A stretch of DNA of 64,000 nucleotides from Octopus sinensis (taxonomy: Eukaryota): the NCBI RefSeq assembly GCF_006345805.1, contig NC_043002.1:113522001-113586000 (forward strand). The letters are read 5' to 3'. The notes under the pieces are model-generated. The model worked only from the letters and a program-made list of their open reading frames with translations, had not been told where the DNA came from and made no database searches. Positions within the stretch are counted from its first letter, which is position 1. Each line of letters opens with the position of its first letter. Below, piece by piece: positions 52,030 through 63,773 of the stretch. Position numbers and translations under genes: made by a program.

Positions 52030-54550
52030 AAGACATAAAATATTGGAAGAGAATTAATTGTTGGATATTGGTGCTAATATTCTACCGACCATACCTCACC
52101 AATCTGTACCATTAGGAACAGTGGCATACCACACTGGCGAGCTCTGGCAGAGAGAAAATTGATCCCCAAATGCAGAACCACCCAAATGGCAAAAGCACTA
52201 CCAGCCAATTGCATGCCACAACTTAATGTATAAGATATTCTCTTTTATCTCTTTTATCTTTTACTTGTTTCAATCATTTGACTGCGGCCATGCTGGAGCA
52301 CTGCCTTTTTAATCGAGCACATCGACCCCAGGACTTATTCTTTGTAAGCCTAGTACTTATCCTATCGGTCTCTTTTGCCGAACCGGTAAGTAACGGGAAC
52401 GTAAACACACCAGCATCGGTTGTCAAGCGATGTTGGGGAGACAAACACAGATACACAAACACACATACACACATATATATATATGCATATATATATATAC
52501 GGCGGGCTTCTTTCAGTTTCCATCTACCAAATCCACTCACAAGGCTTTGGTCGGCCCGAGGCTATAGTAGAAGACACTTGCCCAAGGTGCCACGCAGTGG
52601 GACTGAACCCGGAACTGTGTGGTTGGTAAGCAAGCTACTTACCACACAGCCACTCCTGCGCCTATATACAACATGTTTAAAGTTCTTCCTCCAAGACCAT
52701 TGTGAAACCAATAACATTATCACAGCAGAACAAGCAGATGGGAAGAAGGGAGTCTGAGGATGTGCCGAGCAATTGCTAATCAACAGAACTGTGATGTCAG
52801 AGGTGCGGGAGCATAGGAGGAACCTAGTTTTAATGTGGCTAGATTACAAGAAAGCTTTTGACTGTTCCCACTCGTGGATGCTAGAAGCCCTTCAACTTGT
52901 TAAAGTCCCAATGACAATAGTCAAAGCCATAGCTGACCTGACTTCATCGTGGGCCACCATCTCGAAATTAAACACAGAAGAGTGACTGTATTATCACCGA
53001 TAAAATACAATATGGCAAAGGCATATTCCAAGGAGACAGCCTCTCTGTGATGTTGTTTATACTTTTTGTTAAACCCCTTCTTATTCATGTTAAGGAAGCC
53101 TGAAGGGTATCTCCCTGGTTCACAATGAAACAGAGATACCAAAATTACACACTGTTTCTTTGTGCATAACTTAAAACTTAAAACTTTATGCAAAGAATAT
53201 GCATGAGATGAAAAAGAGCCTTGACCTAGTTATAACATTCTCAAAGGATGTAGGTTGGAGTTTGGTCAGGATAAATGTTGTTATATGGTTGTGAAAAGGG
53301 GGAAGTCAATAAATCATACAAGTAACATCTCCATCGTTGATTTGACTGTTTCCCCTGTATCTGACGAGGAATGTTACAAATATCGAGGGGTGGATGGAAA
53401 TATATCTTACAATGACACCTGTAACAAAACACGTGTCACTGAAGAATATTACAGCCGTATAAAGAAAATTTGGACCTCAGAACTCTCTGCATTCAGTAAA
53501 ACAGTGGCCCACAAAGTGTTCGTAGTGTTTGAACTCGAAGTGCAGCCCTTGACCAAGTTTGCATACATGAGGCTGATAACATCATAAGACTTCGAAGACT
53601 TGAGCAACAGTCTTTGTCTGATAACCTAGAATACATGCCCAAAGAAGTCGCACGACTCTACCGCAACGTATCATCAGATGAAAGGATGAGCCTGTATGAG
53701 GAGAAGAAAATGCATGGATATGTTAGTAGAAAGCTCTGTGATGATAGTAACATCGATCATCAAGGCAGTTTATCATGGACGAATAGCCGGATTACTTTGA
53801 AGGGTATGCGTTTGCAATCCAGGAACAGGAAATATCAACCAAGTACCTGATGCACAAAAAGGATAGAGATGCAGGAAAAACTGTAAAATGTAACAATCGA
53901 TGCAGACTTTGTGGAGTTGACACTGAAGATATCACCCACATCATAAGCAGTTTTACGAAAATGTGATCATGGTATTATCTACCGATGAGATATGACGTTG
54001 TAGCTAGGACACTTTATAATGAAATCCATCGGAAGGATAATCCCGAGGACCAAGAATAGGAACCCACAATATGGTAGAAACCATAGCCACTCGTAATGAA
54101 AAGAATACTGGCGGAATGTACCAATGAATACCTCAATAAAATGTAAGCACAATAGCCCTGATATAATGATTTGGGATAGAGAAGAGAAACTGTGAACAGT
54201 TGTAGAAATTAGCTGCCCAGCGGATATTAACATAAAGCCGAAGATCTGTGAAAAAAGAGACCTATGCTGAACTATTGAAAAATCTGCAGTTACTCTATCC
54301 TGATTACAAGTTCAGGTTTATACCCGTAATTATTGGGGCCCTGGGATATGTAACATGCTGCCTAAGTACCAATCTTGAGAAATTAGGCTTCTCAAAACCA
54401 GAAAGGAGAGAGTTAATTCGAAGACTACAGTTCCAATCCATCACTGTAACTGTAAAGTCTGTAAAACTTTCCAGAAGTTTATCAGTTAGATATATATGAG
54501 CATGTCTAGATATGTAACTATATGCATGAGAATACATACATAAAACAAAC
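52030..54550 (+). mobile_element. Decayed R4/Dong-like non-LTR retrotransposon (RT, CCHC, restriction-like endonuclease), split by a SINE
   Basis: KLIPK..YQPIACHNLMYK |SINE| YTTCL..EQADGKKGV*GCAEQLLIN..MWLDYKKAFD..GLEFGQDKC..YKYRGV..CRLCGVDTEDITHIISS..HNSPDIMIWD..VEISCPAD..KKETYAEL..IPVIIGALG. Confidence 0.9.
52245..52662 (-). mobile_element. SINE family B nested in the R4-like RT domain
   Basis: Full family B reverse complement interrupting MYK|YTTCL. Confidence 0.92.
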
Positions 54551-54725
54551 AAGTCTGCACATACATACATACATACATACATACATACATACATACATAC
54601 ATACATACATACATACATACATACAAAAAATACCGTTGTTGAAGTTGAAATTCCAATGGATCTAGATTAGAAACCGATTCTTTCTCTATTGGCAAGAAAT
54701 TTTGAAATAAACTGAATAATGACAT
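54550..54725 (-). repeat. (CATA)n plus an approximately 100-bp dispersed unit (family G)
   Basis: Reverse complement of the units at 61705..61930. Confidence 0.75.
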
Positions 54726-54735
54726 ACATATATAA

Positions 54736-55029
54736 AGACCTCTCCACTTCGGTCATGAATGACCATGGGATTGCCCGTAGAAAGTTCCCCTCCGAGGCAA
54801 GTCCAAGCAGGCTTCTTTATGGAACACTAGCAGTCGTCCATGCATCCCAGCCTCCCCTCTCCACGCCACCGATGTTGTCCAAAGGAAAACAATGGCTGAT
54901 ACCTACAGCCGAGTGTACTGGAGCAATGTGAAATAAAGTGTCTTACTCAAGAAGACAACACACAACCTAGTCCGAGAATCGAACTCACTACCTCATCAGC
55001 CCAATGTTGTAACCACTGACCCATATGCC
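54736..55029 (-). mobile_element. SINE family E (tRNA head, same central domain as family D, different tail)
   Basis: Minus strand: ggcatatgggtcagtggttac..gagttcgattctcgg..gttgtcttcttgagtaagacactttatttcacattgctccagt. Confidence 0.7.
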
Positions 55030-55179
55030 AAAGGTAGAAAGTTGAATTAATGCATTGGCTTTTTTCTTTCTTTTTTTACACCCTGACTCTTCCTTTTCAG
55101 ATTCAAATTTTTTACGCAAGTTTTTTTCTCTCTTCAAGCCTTTTTTGCTCTTGAACCCATAATGCCATATGGCATGTAT

Positions 55180-55567
55180 GGGGGGAAGCACTCCGTCGGT
55201 TACGATGACGAGGGTTCCGGTTGATCCGAATCAACGGAACAGCCTGCTCGTGAAATTAACGTGTAAGTGGCTGAGCACTCCACAGACACGTGTACCCTTA
55301 ACGTAGTTCTCGGGGATATTCAGCGGGATACAGAGAGTGACAAGGCCGGCCCCTTGAAATACAGGTACAACAGAAACAGGAAGTAAGAGTGAGAGAAAGT
55401 TGTGGTGAAAGAGTACAGCAGGGATCACCACCATCCCCTGCCGGAGCCTCGTGGAGCTTTAGGTGTTTTCGCTCAATAAACACTCACAACGCCCGGTCTG
55501 GGAATCGAAACCGCGATCCTATGACCGCGAGTCCGCTGCCCTAACCACTGGGCCATAGCGCTTCCAC
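55180..55567 (-). mobile_element. SINE family C with TSD
   Basis: 19-bp TSD aatgccatat(g/a)gcatgtat at 55161..55179 and 55568..55586. Confidence 0.92.
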
Positions 55568-55964
55568 AATGCCATATAGCATGTATATGTATTAGGGTAA
55601 ACGAGATTAGCGCATCGTATACAACTGGTCATTGCTTTCACAACAGAATGAGAGAGAGCTAAGTTTAGGAGAGCTAAGTTTAGGAAAGCTTAGTTCCAGT
55701 ATTTTTTAGGGCGTTTTCGTAGCACTGGAGATTTCTGATTTAAATGCAAAGACCAAGTGAAGCAGGAAGAGTACTTTATATTGTTTCGTGTAGCTTATTA
55801 CAGGTGTCGTAGTATTACTTCTGCTACTACTATCAGTGTTGCTGTTGCTGTTATCATCAATATGTGCCATGATCGTAAAAGTGAAATTTCATGTTGTGTA
55901 AGATATATTTTGTTATCCAGTCTGAATGATGCTAAGAAGCTAAGTAAAAAGCTGTTAGTCATGT

Positions 55965-56136
55965 AGGCGCAGGAGTGGCTGTGTGGTAAGTAGCTTGCTA
56001 ACCAACCACATGGTTCCGGGTTCAGTCCCACTGCGTGGCATCTTGGGCAAGTGTCTTCTGCTATAGCCCCAGGCCGACCAATGCCTTGTGAGTGGATTTG
56101 GTAGATGGAAACTGAAAGAAGCCTGTCGTATATATG

Positions 56137-56169
<33 letters not shown>

Positions 56170-56390
56170 ATGTGTTTGTGTGTGTGTGTTTGTCCCCCTA
56201 GCATTGCTTGACAACCGATGCTGGTGTGTTTACGCTCCCCGTCACTTAGCGGTTCGGCAAAAGAGACGGATAGAATAAGTACTGGGCTTACAAAGAATAA
56301 GTCCCGGGGCCGATTTGCTCGACTAAAGGCGGTGCTCCAGCATGGCCGCAGTCAAATGACTGAAACAAGTAAAAGAGTAAAAGAGAGAGA
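55965..56390 (+). mobile_element. SINE family B, near consensus
   Basis: ggcgcaggagtggctgtgtggtaag..ccgggttcagtccc..gactgaaacaagtaaaagagtaaaagag. Confidence 0.93.
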
Positions 56391-56548
56391 GTAGTCATAT
56401 TTATAACACAAGAAATAAACTGTTACTGGTATAGATTGGAAGAGTCGGTATAATTGCAGAAAAAAAAACGTTTGAATAAGCATTTTTGAACGCCCCCCTC
56501 CCCACCCATACGCTTGCATGTTTGATGTTGATGGCGCCATATGTAAGC

Positions 56549-56602
<54 letters not shown>

Positions 56603-56704
56603 TATATATACATATATATATCATGTGTGTGTGTGTGTGTATGCAAGCTCTTATTATGATATATAGATATAAATACACACTCTCACACACAGATGCATAC
56701 ACAT

Positions 56705-57161
56705 GCAAAAACTGGAAGAGTGAAATTATGCAAGAATTTCTCGAAGTTCAATGCACAACAATCATTGTTGTTATTCAACGTCCAGTAGTGAAGCTTGTGT
56801 TTCCATTAGAAAAACAGTTCCCTTCTTTTAAGAAAAATTCTTATAAACATTAAAAGATAACGGCTAACAGCACACTCACAGACGAACACATACACACACA
56901 CACATACATACATACACACACATACATACACATACATACATACATATATGAAACATACATATATATATGCATATACATGAAACATACATACATACATACA
57001 TACATACTACATACACATACATACATACATACATACATATATGAAACATACATACATACATACATACACATACACATACATACATACATACATACATATA
57101 TGAAACATACATACATATATATGCATATATATGAAACATACATACATACATACATACATAC

Positions 57162-57193
<32 letters not shown>

Positions 57194-57455
57194 GAAACAT
57201 ACATATATATATGCATATATATGAAACATACATACATATATATACATATATATGAAACATGCATACATACATACATACATACATACATACATACATGCAT
57301 GCATGCATGCATGAATACATTCATACATACATGCATGCATACATGCATGCATGCATACATACATACATACATACATACACATGCATATATGAAACTAGAG
57401 TTAATATCCCGTTGTCGAAATCTAACGACTTATGAGAAGTTTCAAAATAAAAGTA
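56705..57455 (+). repeat. Duplicated unit with about 500 nt of expanded (CATA)n-type microsatellite; second copy at 60309..60590
   Basis: Both flanks of the microsatellite align between the copies. Confidence 0.8.
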
Positions 57456-57693
57456 CTTATTTATTCTATTGTTTAAAAACCTAGAATATTGTAAAGCAAA
57501 ATAAGACGCCTTATCTGCGGGTCAGTTGTATTCATTTTGTGGGAAAATCTCACTGAAACACTCATATTTGAAATGACATTTCAATACGAAAGAGAGTCTG
57601 TCTAATGGCTGCGAGAGAGTAGCTGGTATGAGATGAATGAGGGAGTGAAAGAGAGAAGCAGGAGAAAGAAGGCAACAAATAGAAAGATGGTAC

Positions 57694-57850
57694 TTTATCG
57701 CTGCTCCTACTGCTGCTACTGTTGCTCCTACTGTTGCTGCTGTTGATGTTTTTGTTGGATAGGGTAGCGACCATCGTGGGTGACACTGATGGTTTGGTTT
57801 GCTTTTTATCATCAACAGTCTCTATAAGTTCATCTAAACTGTCTTTAAAA
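57694..57850 (-). CDS. Candidate Ser-rich host exon, product unknown
   Basis: tttattcag acceptor, FKDSLDELIETVDDKKQTKPSVSPTMVATLSNKNINSSNSRSNSSSSRSSDK, aaa|gtacc donor; half of it is trinucleotide-like. Confidence 0.2.
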
Positions 57851-58239
57851 CTGAATAAATACACTGCACAAAGCTTATATTTCATTTCATGTTTTACTTT
57901 TTTAAACACATTTATAGTCTGTGATAGTCAGAAATAAACAGTTCAGCTAAATACTATTTTAACAGTTTGGCATTGCATAATGCTTAGGAGCATAACTCTG
58001 AATAGAACTGAATAAAATAGGCAGCTTAGTAAGTAGACTACTTACTGAAGTCTGTAAGTTGGTCACCCGACATGTGTCAAGTTTTCAAACGGATGTCGAT
58101 TGCCAGCCGTACGGATTTCACGTGAGTTCTCTTGGGAAATGCGTACACATCTTCACAGTTCTTATCCGAATTTTTTTTTCCACGTTCATATCACCGTAGT
58201 ACTGTTTCATTCTTATACACGCACCTCCCCCCACCCAGT

Positions 58240-58417
58240 GAGTGTGTGTGCATGTGTGTGTGTGAGTGCGCGTTTGTGTATACATATATACGCATGTATA
58301 TATATGTATATATATGCATACATACATTATATATACACACATACATATATATATACGTACACAGATATATATATTAACATGCATATATATATATATATAC
58401 ATGCATATATATATATA

Positions 58418-58470
<53 letters not shown>

Positions 58471-58494
58471 CATGCACACACATATATGCATGTA

Positions 58495-58526
<32 letters not shown>

Positions 58527-58607
58527 TATATATTACATACATGTATGTGTGTGCGTGTATATAGACGCATACATATACACACACACACACACGCATATGT
58601 ATGTATG

Positions 58608-58639
<32 letters not shown>

Positions 58640-58650
58640 TGTATGTATAA
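58240..58650. repeat. Compound (TA)n/(CA)n/(TATG)n microsatellite
   Basis: Directly visible. Confidence 0.95.
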
Positions 58651-58897
58651 TCTGTTATTAAAACTGATTATTACGCATTAATTTTTTTCATCTAAATAAT
58701 CTAAATGTTGAAAGCTAGACAAGAAAAAAGACACAAAAACCGTATAGTCTATGTTAATTGAAAAAGAAAACACTTTCTCTGGTACACCAAGCAATAGAAA
58801 TGTATAAACACGCAGAAAGCATCGCATATATATGCGTGAATATCTACCCTGTAGAAATATGCACATATATGCGTGTGCATACATTATATGTGGGTGG

Positions 58898-58931
<34 letters not shown>

Positions 58932-58934
<3 letters not shown>

Positions 58935-59165
58935 GGAGTAAACACATAAATATGAAACAAGGTGGAACAAAGAGTACTCAAATACCAGTGGTAGAGTAAT
59001 ATGCTGTATTTAAAGCAGCAGAAAATTCAACAACCTGTTACTCTGAGTTTCCCGTTGCCATTCATCGGACAGTTTTTTCTAGCACAAACTGTCCCATGAA
59101 CGGCAACGGGAAACTCAGAGTAACAGGTTTTGTTGAATTTGCTGCTGCTTTAAATAAAGTAAAGT
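58932..59165. mobile_element. Penelope-like fold-back element, family P3
   Basis: Arms of about 66 bp, 59008..59075 / 59086..59154; follows (TA)n; hammerhead-like motif. Confidence 0.7.
59035..59072 (-). ncRNA. Type I minimal hammerhead-like ribozyme (U4C core variant)
   Basis: Minus strand: ctgt CCGAUGA a-ug-GCAA-cg-g GAAA ctc-a-gag UA acag; the plus-strand mirror copy has a G5C defect. Confidence 0.55.
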
Positions 59166-59174
59166 ATATATATC

Positions 59175-59209
<35 letters not shown>

Positions 59210-59501
59210 GTATGTATATATGTGTGTGTGTGTATATGTGTGTGTATATATAGTTGTGTGTGTGTGTATATATGTGTGTGTATGTGTATATATGTGTGTG
59301 TGTGAGTGTGTGTGTGTAATTATGAGTATATATCTAACTATAAGTGTGTGTATTTGAGTATGCGTTCGTATAAAGGCAATCCACACAACCTTCTCTTATG
59401 AAAAAGAATGAATGGCGTCGTTTACTCATACCGTCACTCTCTATACCAATACGGAAAGATCGCCCGTATAAATGTGTGTGCCTAGACTAAGTTACTAACT
59501 A

Positions 59502-59985
59502 TCAGGTCATTAAGAATGACATGTCCGATTTTGAACTGAAAGTGTATTTTACTTTATCCCACAAAAAGCAATGCAATTAATCAAAGTGTGCACCTAAATT
59601 ATCAACACAATTTTGCCATTTTATCAGTAGCTTATTTTGCTGGCAGCGAAGAATTCTTGAGAGCAAAAGGTGATGAAAGCACGAAAGCTGTTTTAGCATC
59701 TTCTTCAGATTTGAAGCTTTTTTCCTTTTTTTCTTTGCAAAGCGTTGTCTAATGTCTGAAAACCGCGATAGTCAGTTGGTGAATATGGTGGATGACAGAA
59801 CACTTCCAAGTTCAGCTCCTGAAACTTGTGTAGCGTTCTTTGTTCAGCATTTGATCGAGCATTGTCTTGCTAGAGAATTGGCCTGTCTCTATTGACTAAT
59901 CTCAGTTGTTTAATTGCAAGTCCACTCATCATTTCATCCAATTGGTTGATGTATACATCGGGATGTTTGCGCAATACACTTGTTG
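59502..59985 (-). mobile_element. Mariner transposase C-terminal fragment with probable TIR
   Basis: VYINQLDEMM..LVNRDRPIL*QDNARS..LEVFCHPPYSP..TDY; TA plus tcaggtc at 59500. Confidence 0.85.
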
Positions 59986-60010
59986 GTACCAACATGGGAA
60001 GGCGTTCACT

Positions 60011-60043
<33 letters not shown>

Positions 60044-60082
60044 ACACATGCATATATATGCATATGTATGCATATATATGAA

Positions 60083-60300
60083 GGCGGCGAGCTGGCAGAA
60101 CCGTTAGCACGCCGGGCGAAATGCGTAGCTGTATTTCGTTTACCGTTACGTTCCGAGTTCAAATTCCGCCGAGGTCGACTTTGCCTTTCATCCTTTCGGG
60201 GTCGATAAATTAAGTACCAGTTACGCACTGGGGTCGATATAATCGTTTGTCTGTTCTTGTTTGTCCCCTCTGTTTAGCCCCTTGTGGGTAGTAAAGAAAC
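60083..60300 (+). mobile_element. SINE family A
   Basis: Full head, core and long tail. Confidence 0.92.
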
Positions 60301-60774
60301 ATATATATGCAAGCAGCAGAAGAGTAAAATTTTGCAAGAATTTCTAAAAGTTCAATGCAGAACAATCATTGTTTTCGTTATTCAAATTCCTATGATAATG
60401 TTTCTGTTTCCCTGTTAGAAAAAACAGCATCCTTCTAAGAAGAATTCTTATAAACATTAAATGATAACGGTTCACGGCACAGTCCCACAAACGCACGCAC
60501 ACACACACACATACATATAATATATGAAACTAGAACTTAAATCCCGTTGTCAAAAACTAACGACCTATGAGAAGTTTCAAAATAGAAGTATATATAGTAT
60601 ATATAGGCGCAGGCGTAGCAGTGTGGTAAGATGCTTGCTTTCTCAACCACATGGTTCCGGGTTCAGTCCCACTACGTGGCACCTCGGCAAGTGTCTTCTA
60701 CTATAGCATCGGGCCGACCAATGTCTTGTGATTGGATTTGGTAGACGGAACTGAAAGAAGCCTGTCATATATAT

Positions 60775-60827
<53 letters not shown>

Positions 60828-60828
<1 letters not shown>

Positions 60829-61432
60829 TGTGAAATAGAAAGATGAATAATCTTGTAGCAGATTAATCAAAAGTTTTTAACCGATACCTTGGTAGCAAAA
60901 ATCACAGCAGAAGACAGCACGGTTGGGTACAACCATATGGTGTTGCAACCGTGCGTTGGTGCGGATAATTGAATTTTAATATTATTAGTGAATTGAAGAA
61001 ATGGAGCTAACGAAGATTGAACAAAATCGTTTTATTCATTCTACACGTGTTCGAAAGGCACAATTTACCAAAATCCGATTGAATAATGAGACCATATTTG
61101 TCTTTCTCTTCAGGAGAAAATAGGAAATCCGTTGGAAAAACAGAAACAGAACAGAGGGCGGAGCAAAACAAATCGAACTAGGCTCCTAAGAGCCCATGGC
61201 CCATGGAGTTTTGACCATGGGCTCTTAGGAGCCTAGTTCGATTTGTTTTGCTCCGCCTCTGTTCTGTTTCTGTTTTTTCCAACGGATTTCCTATTTTTTC
61301 TTCCTGAAAGAAAGACATAATATGGTCTCATTATTCAATCGATTTTGGTAAATTGTGCCTTTCGAAACACGTGTAGAATGAAATAAAACGATTTCTGTTC
61401 AATCTTCGTTCAGCTCCATTTCTTCAATTCAC

Positions 61433-61436
<4 letters not shown>
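60828..61436. mobile_element. Penelope-like fold-back element, family P4
   Basis: Arms of about 215 bp, 60984..61199 / 61215..61436; (TA)n on both sides; canonical hammerhead core when the two arms are combined. Confidence 0.8.
61301..61378 (+). ncRNA. Type I hammerhead ribozyme motif (mirror copy on minus at 61038..61116)
   Basis: Arm consensus: ttc CUGAAGA gaaag..ctttc GAAA cacgtg UA gaa. The plus copy lacks G8; the minus copy lacks one A of GAAA. Confidence 0.65.
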
Positions 61437-61484
<48 letters not shown>

Positions 61485-61704
61485 AGTGTGTATTTATGTT
61501 TCTTGTTTGCCACCATCGGCTCGCTTGACAACCGATGTTGGTTTGTTTACGTCCCCGTAATTTAGTGGTTCAACAAAAAAGACCGATAGAATTAGTACCA
61601 AGCTTACAAAGAATAAGTCCTGGGGTTGAAATGCTCGACTAAAGGCAGTGCTCCGGCATGGCCGCAGTCAAATGACTGAAACAATTAAAAGAATAAAAGA
61701 ATAT

Positions 61705-62010
61705 GTATGTATGTCATTATTCAGTTTTATTTCAATACCGATGGAGCCGTTTTCTAATCGAGATCCAAGGCTCCTTCATTGCAATTTCAACATCAAGAAG
61801 ATATTTTTGTATGGTTGTCATTGTTCAGCTTTATTTCAAGATTTCTTGCCAATAGAGAAAGAATCGGCTTCTAACCTAGATCCATCGTTCCTTCATTAGA
61901 TTTTCACCATCGACAACAGGGTATTTTTGTTTGTTTGTTTGTTTGTATGTATGTATGTATGTATGTATGTATGTATGTATGTATGTATGTATGTATGTAT
62001 GTATGTATGT

Positions 62011-62050
<40 letters not shown>

Positions 62051-62075
62051 ATATATGTATGTATGTATGTATGTG
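61705..62075 (+). repeat. Two tandem family G units followed by (TTTG)n(TATG)n
   Basis: cattattcagttttatttcaa..ctagatcca..cttcatt..caacagggtatttttgt repeated twice. Confidence 0.75.
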
Positions 62076-62505
62076 TTGGAGTTTGTGAATACCTGTGTAC
62101 CTTGACGAGAATGCGTAGCTGAGAGAACAAAACTCTATCTACTTATTCTGCTTTTATAGCAAAAAATTTCTCATCCCCGCTATTAACAGCTCTTCTTTCA
62201 AACCTCCGTTCACAACTAGGTTCTGTCTTGACAACAACGAGCTAATCGGAGTGTTTTCGAAAGCTCAGAGAAGCGGATAAAGCATACCGTTTGTTCACTC
62301 GGCCAACATTTCAGCTTTCATCTCGTTCCCACTTTTTTCGATTCTTTTAACTCAAAAACAAAAGGATCTATCTCCTAGTTTCCCTTTCTGAATTATCGTA
62401 CGTCAGTTTTAGGGGGTTTTGTTTTTCTTTTTTTACACCCGCCTCAACAACTACAATCACAAAACTCATTCGTACTTGGATTTCTGCACACCATTATATA
62501 TATAA

Positions 62506-62735
62506 GGCGGCGAGCTGGCAGAATCGTTAGCACGCCGGGCGAAATGCGTGGCCGTATTTCGTCTGCCGTTACGTTCTGAGTCCAAATTCCGCCGAGATCG
62601 ACTTTGCCTTTCATCCTTTCGGGGTCGATAAATAAAGTACCAGTTACGCACTGGGGTCGATATAATCGACTTAATCCGTTTGTCTGTCCTTGTTTGTCCT
62701 CTCTATGTTTAGCCCCTTGTGGGTAGTAAAGAAAT
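62506..62735 (+). mobile_element. SINE family A
   Basis: Full head, core and long tail. Confidence 0.92.
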
Positions 62736-63424
62736 ATATATTTGCATGACCAAAAACATGAATGTTTTTCTTTTTATGATCTTCGTGGGACTTTGGTTAA
62801 GCTCCCATCCTCTGCCCTCCATCTCTTACTTCGTCATCAGATAACAGCCTATCCTGTCGATTGGCTAGCATGCGATACATTACTCAAGGATCACACGCAG
62901 ACCAGTAGTCCCCTTTCTCGTTGCTATAGACAGCGAGGGACGAGTAGCTTATCCATACTTGATCCTTAATTTGGATTAATGTAATTTTCCCACCACCACC
63001 ACCACCACCACCGCACAGTTCTTCAAAGGATACCTGCAGTCGTGTTTAAACACCTGTCTTTGTGACACTGATTCTCTGTCCCCACCTAAACCTGGGTTAC
63101 AGAGTATGCCAGAAGACCGTCTTGAGTGGGGAGGTTTTTTCCTTCTCGGCTACAACCTCAATTATTCTTTGGTGCTTCCGAAATAACCCTTCATATGCTA
63201 CATACTCTTTTACTTGTTTCAGTCATTTGACTGCGGCCATGCTGGAGCACTGCCTTTAGTCGAGCAAATCGACTCCAGAACTTATTCTTTGTAAGCCTAG
63301 TACTTATTCTATCTGTCTCTTTTGCCGAACCGCTAAGTTACGGCAACCTACACACACCAGCATCGGTTGTCAAACCATGTTGGGGGGGCAGACACGACAC
63401 ACAAACATATACACACACACATAC

Positions 63425-63469
<45 letters not shown>

Positions 63470-63476
<7 letters not shown>

Positions 63477-63773
63477 AATATTTTACATTACTCGGTAGTC
63501 AAGATAAACTCTGAGTTTCAGATGCCGAAGTGGAAATCCACAAACCACCTCTCTTCGGTTAAGTGGAAATCCACAACACCATCTCTTCGGTTATCAGGCT
63601 ATTAAATAGCCAGATAACCGAAGAGATGGTGTTGTGGATTTCCACTTCGGCATCTGAAACTCAGAGTTTTATCTTGACTACCGTAATGTAACATATTATT
63701 GTATAGATAATTTCCTCTATTTACATAATATTGAGGTCTCTTTCTTCTTTCTTTTGTTATCTTACCGTTTACC

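Larger units (their letters stand above)
60606..61700 (+). mobile_element. SINE family B split by fold-back P4 in its internal (TA)n
   Basis: 5' half 60606..60770; 3' half about 61480..61700. Confidence 0.88.

Noticed and set aside
56806-58661. Long MYVC/HTYI/IYIY ORFs
   Set aside because: Translations of stop-free microsatellites.
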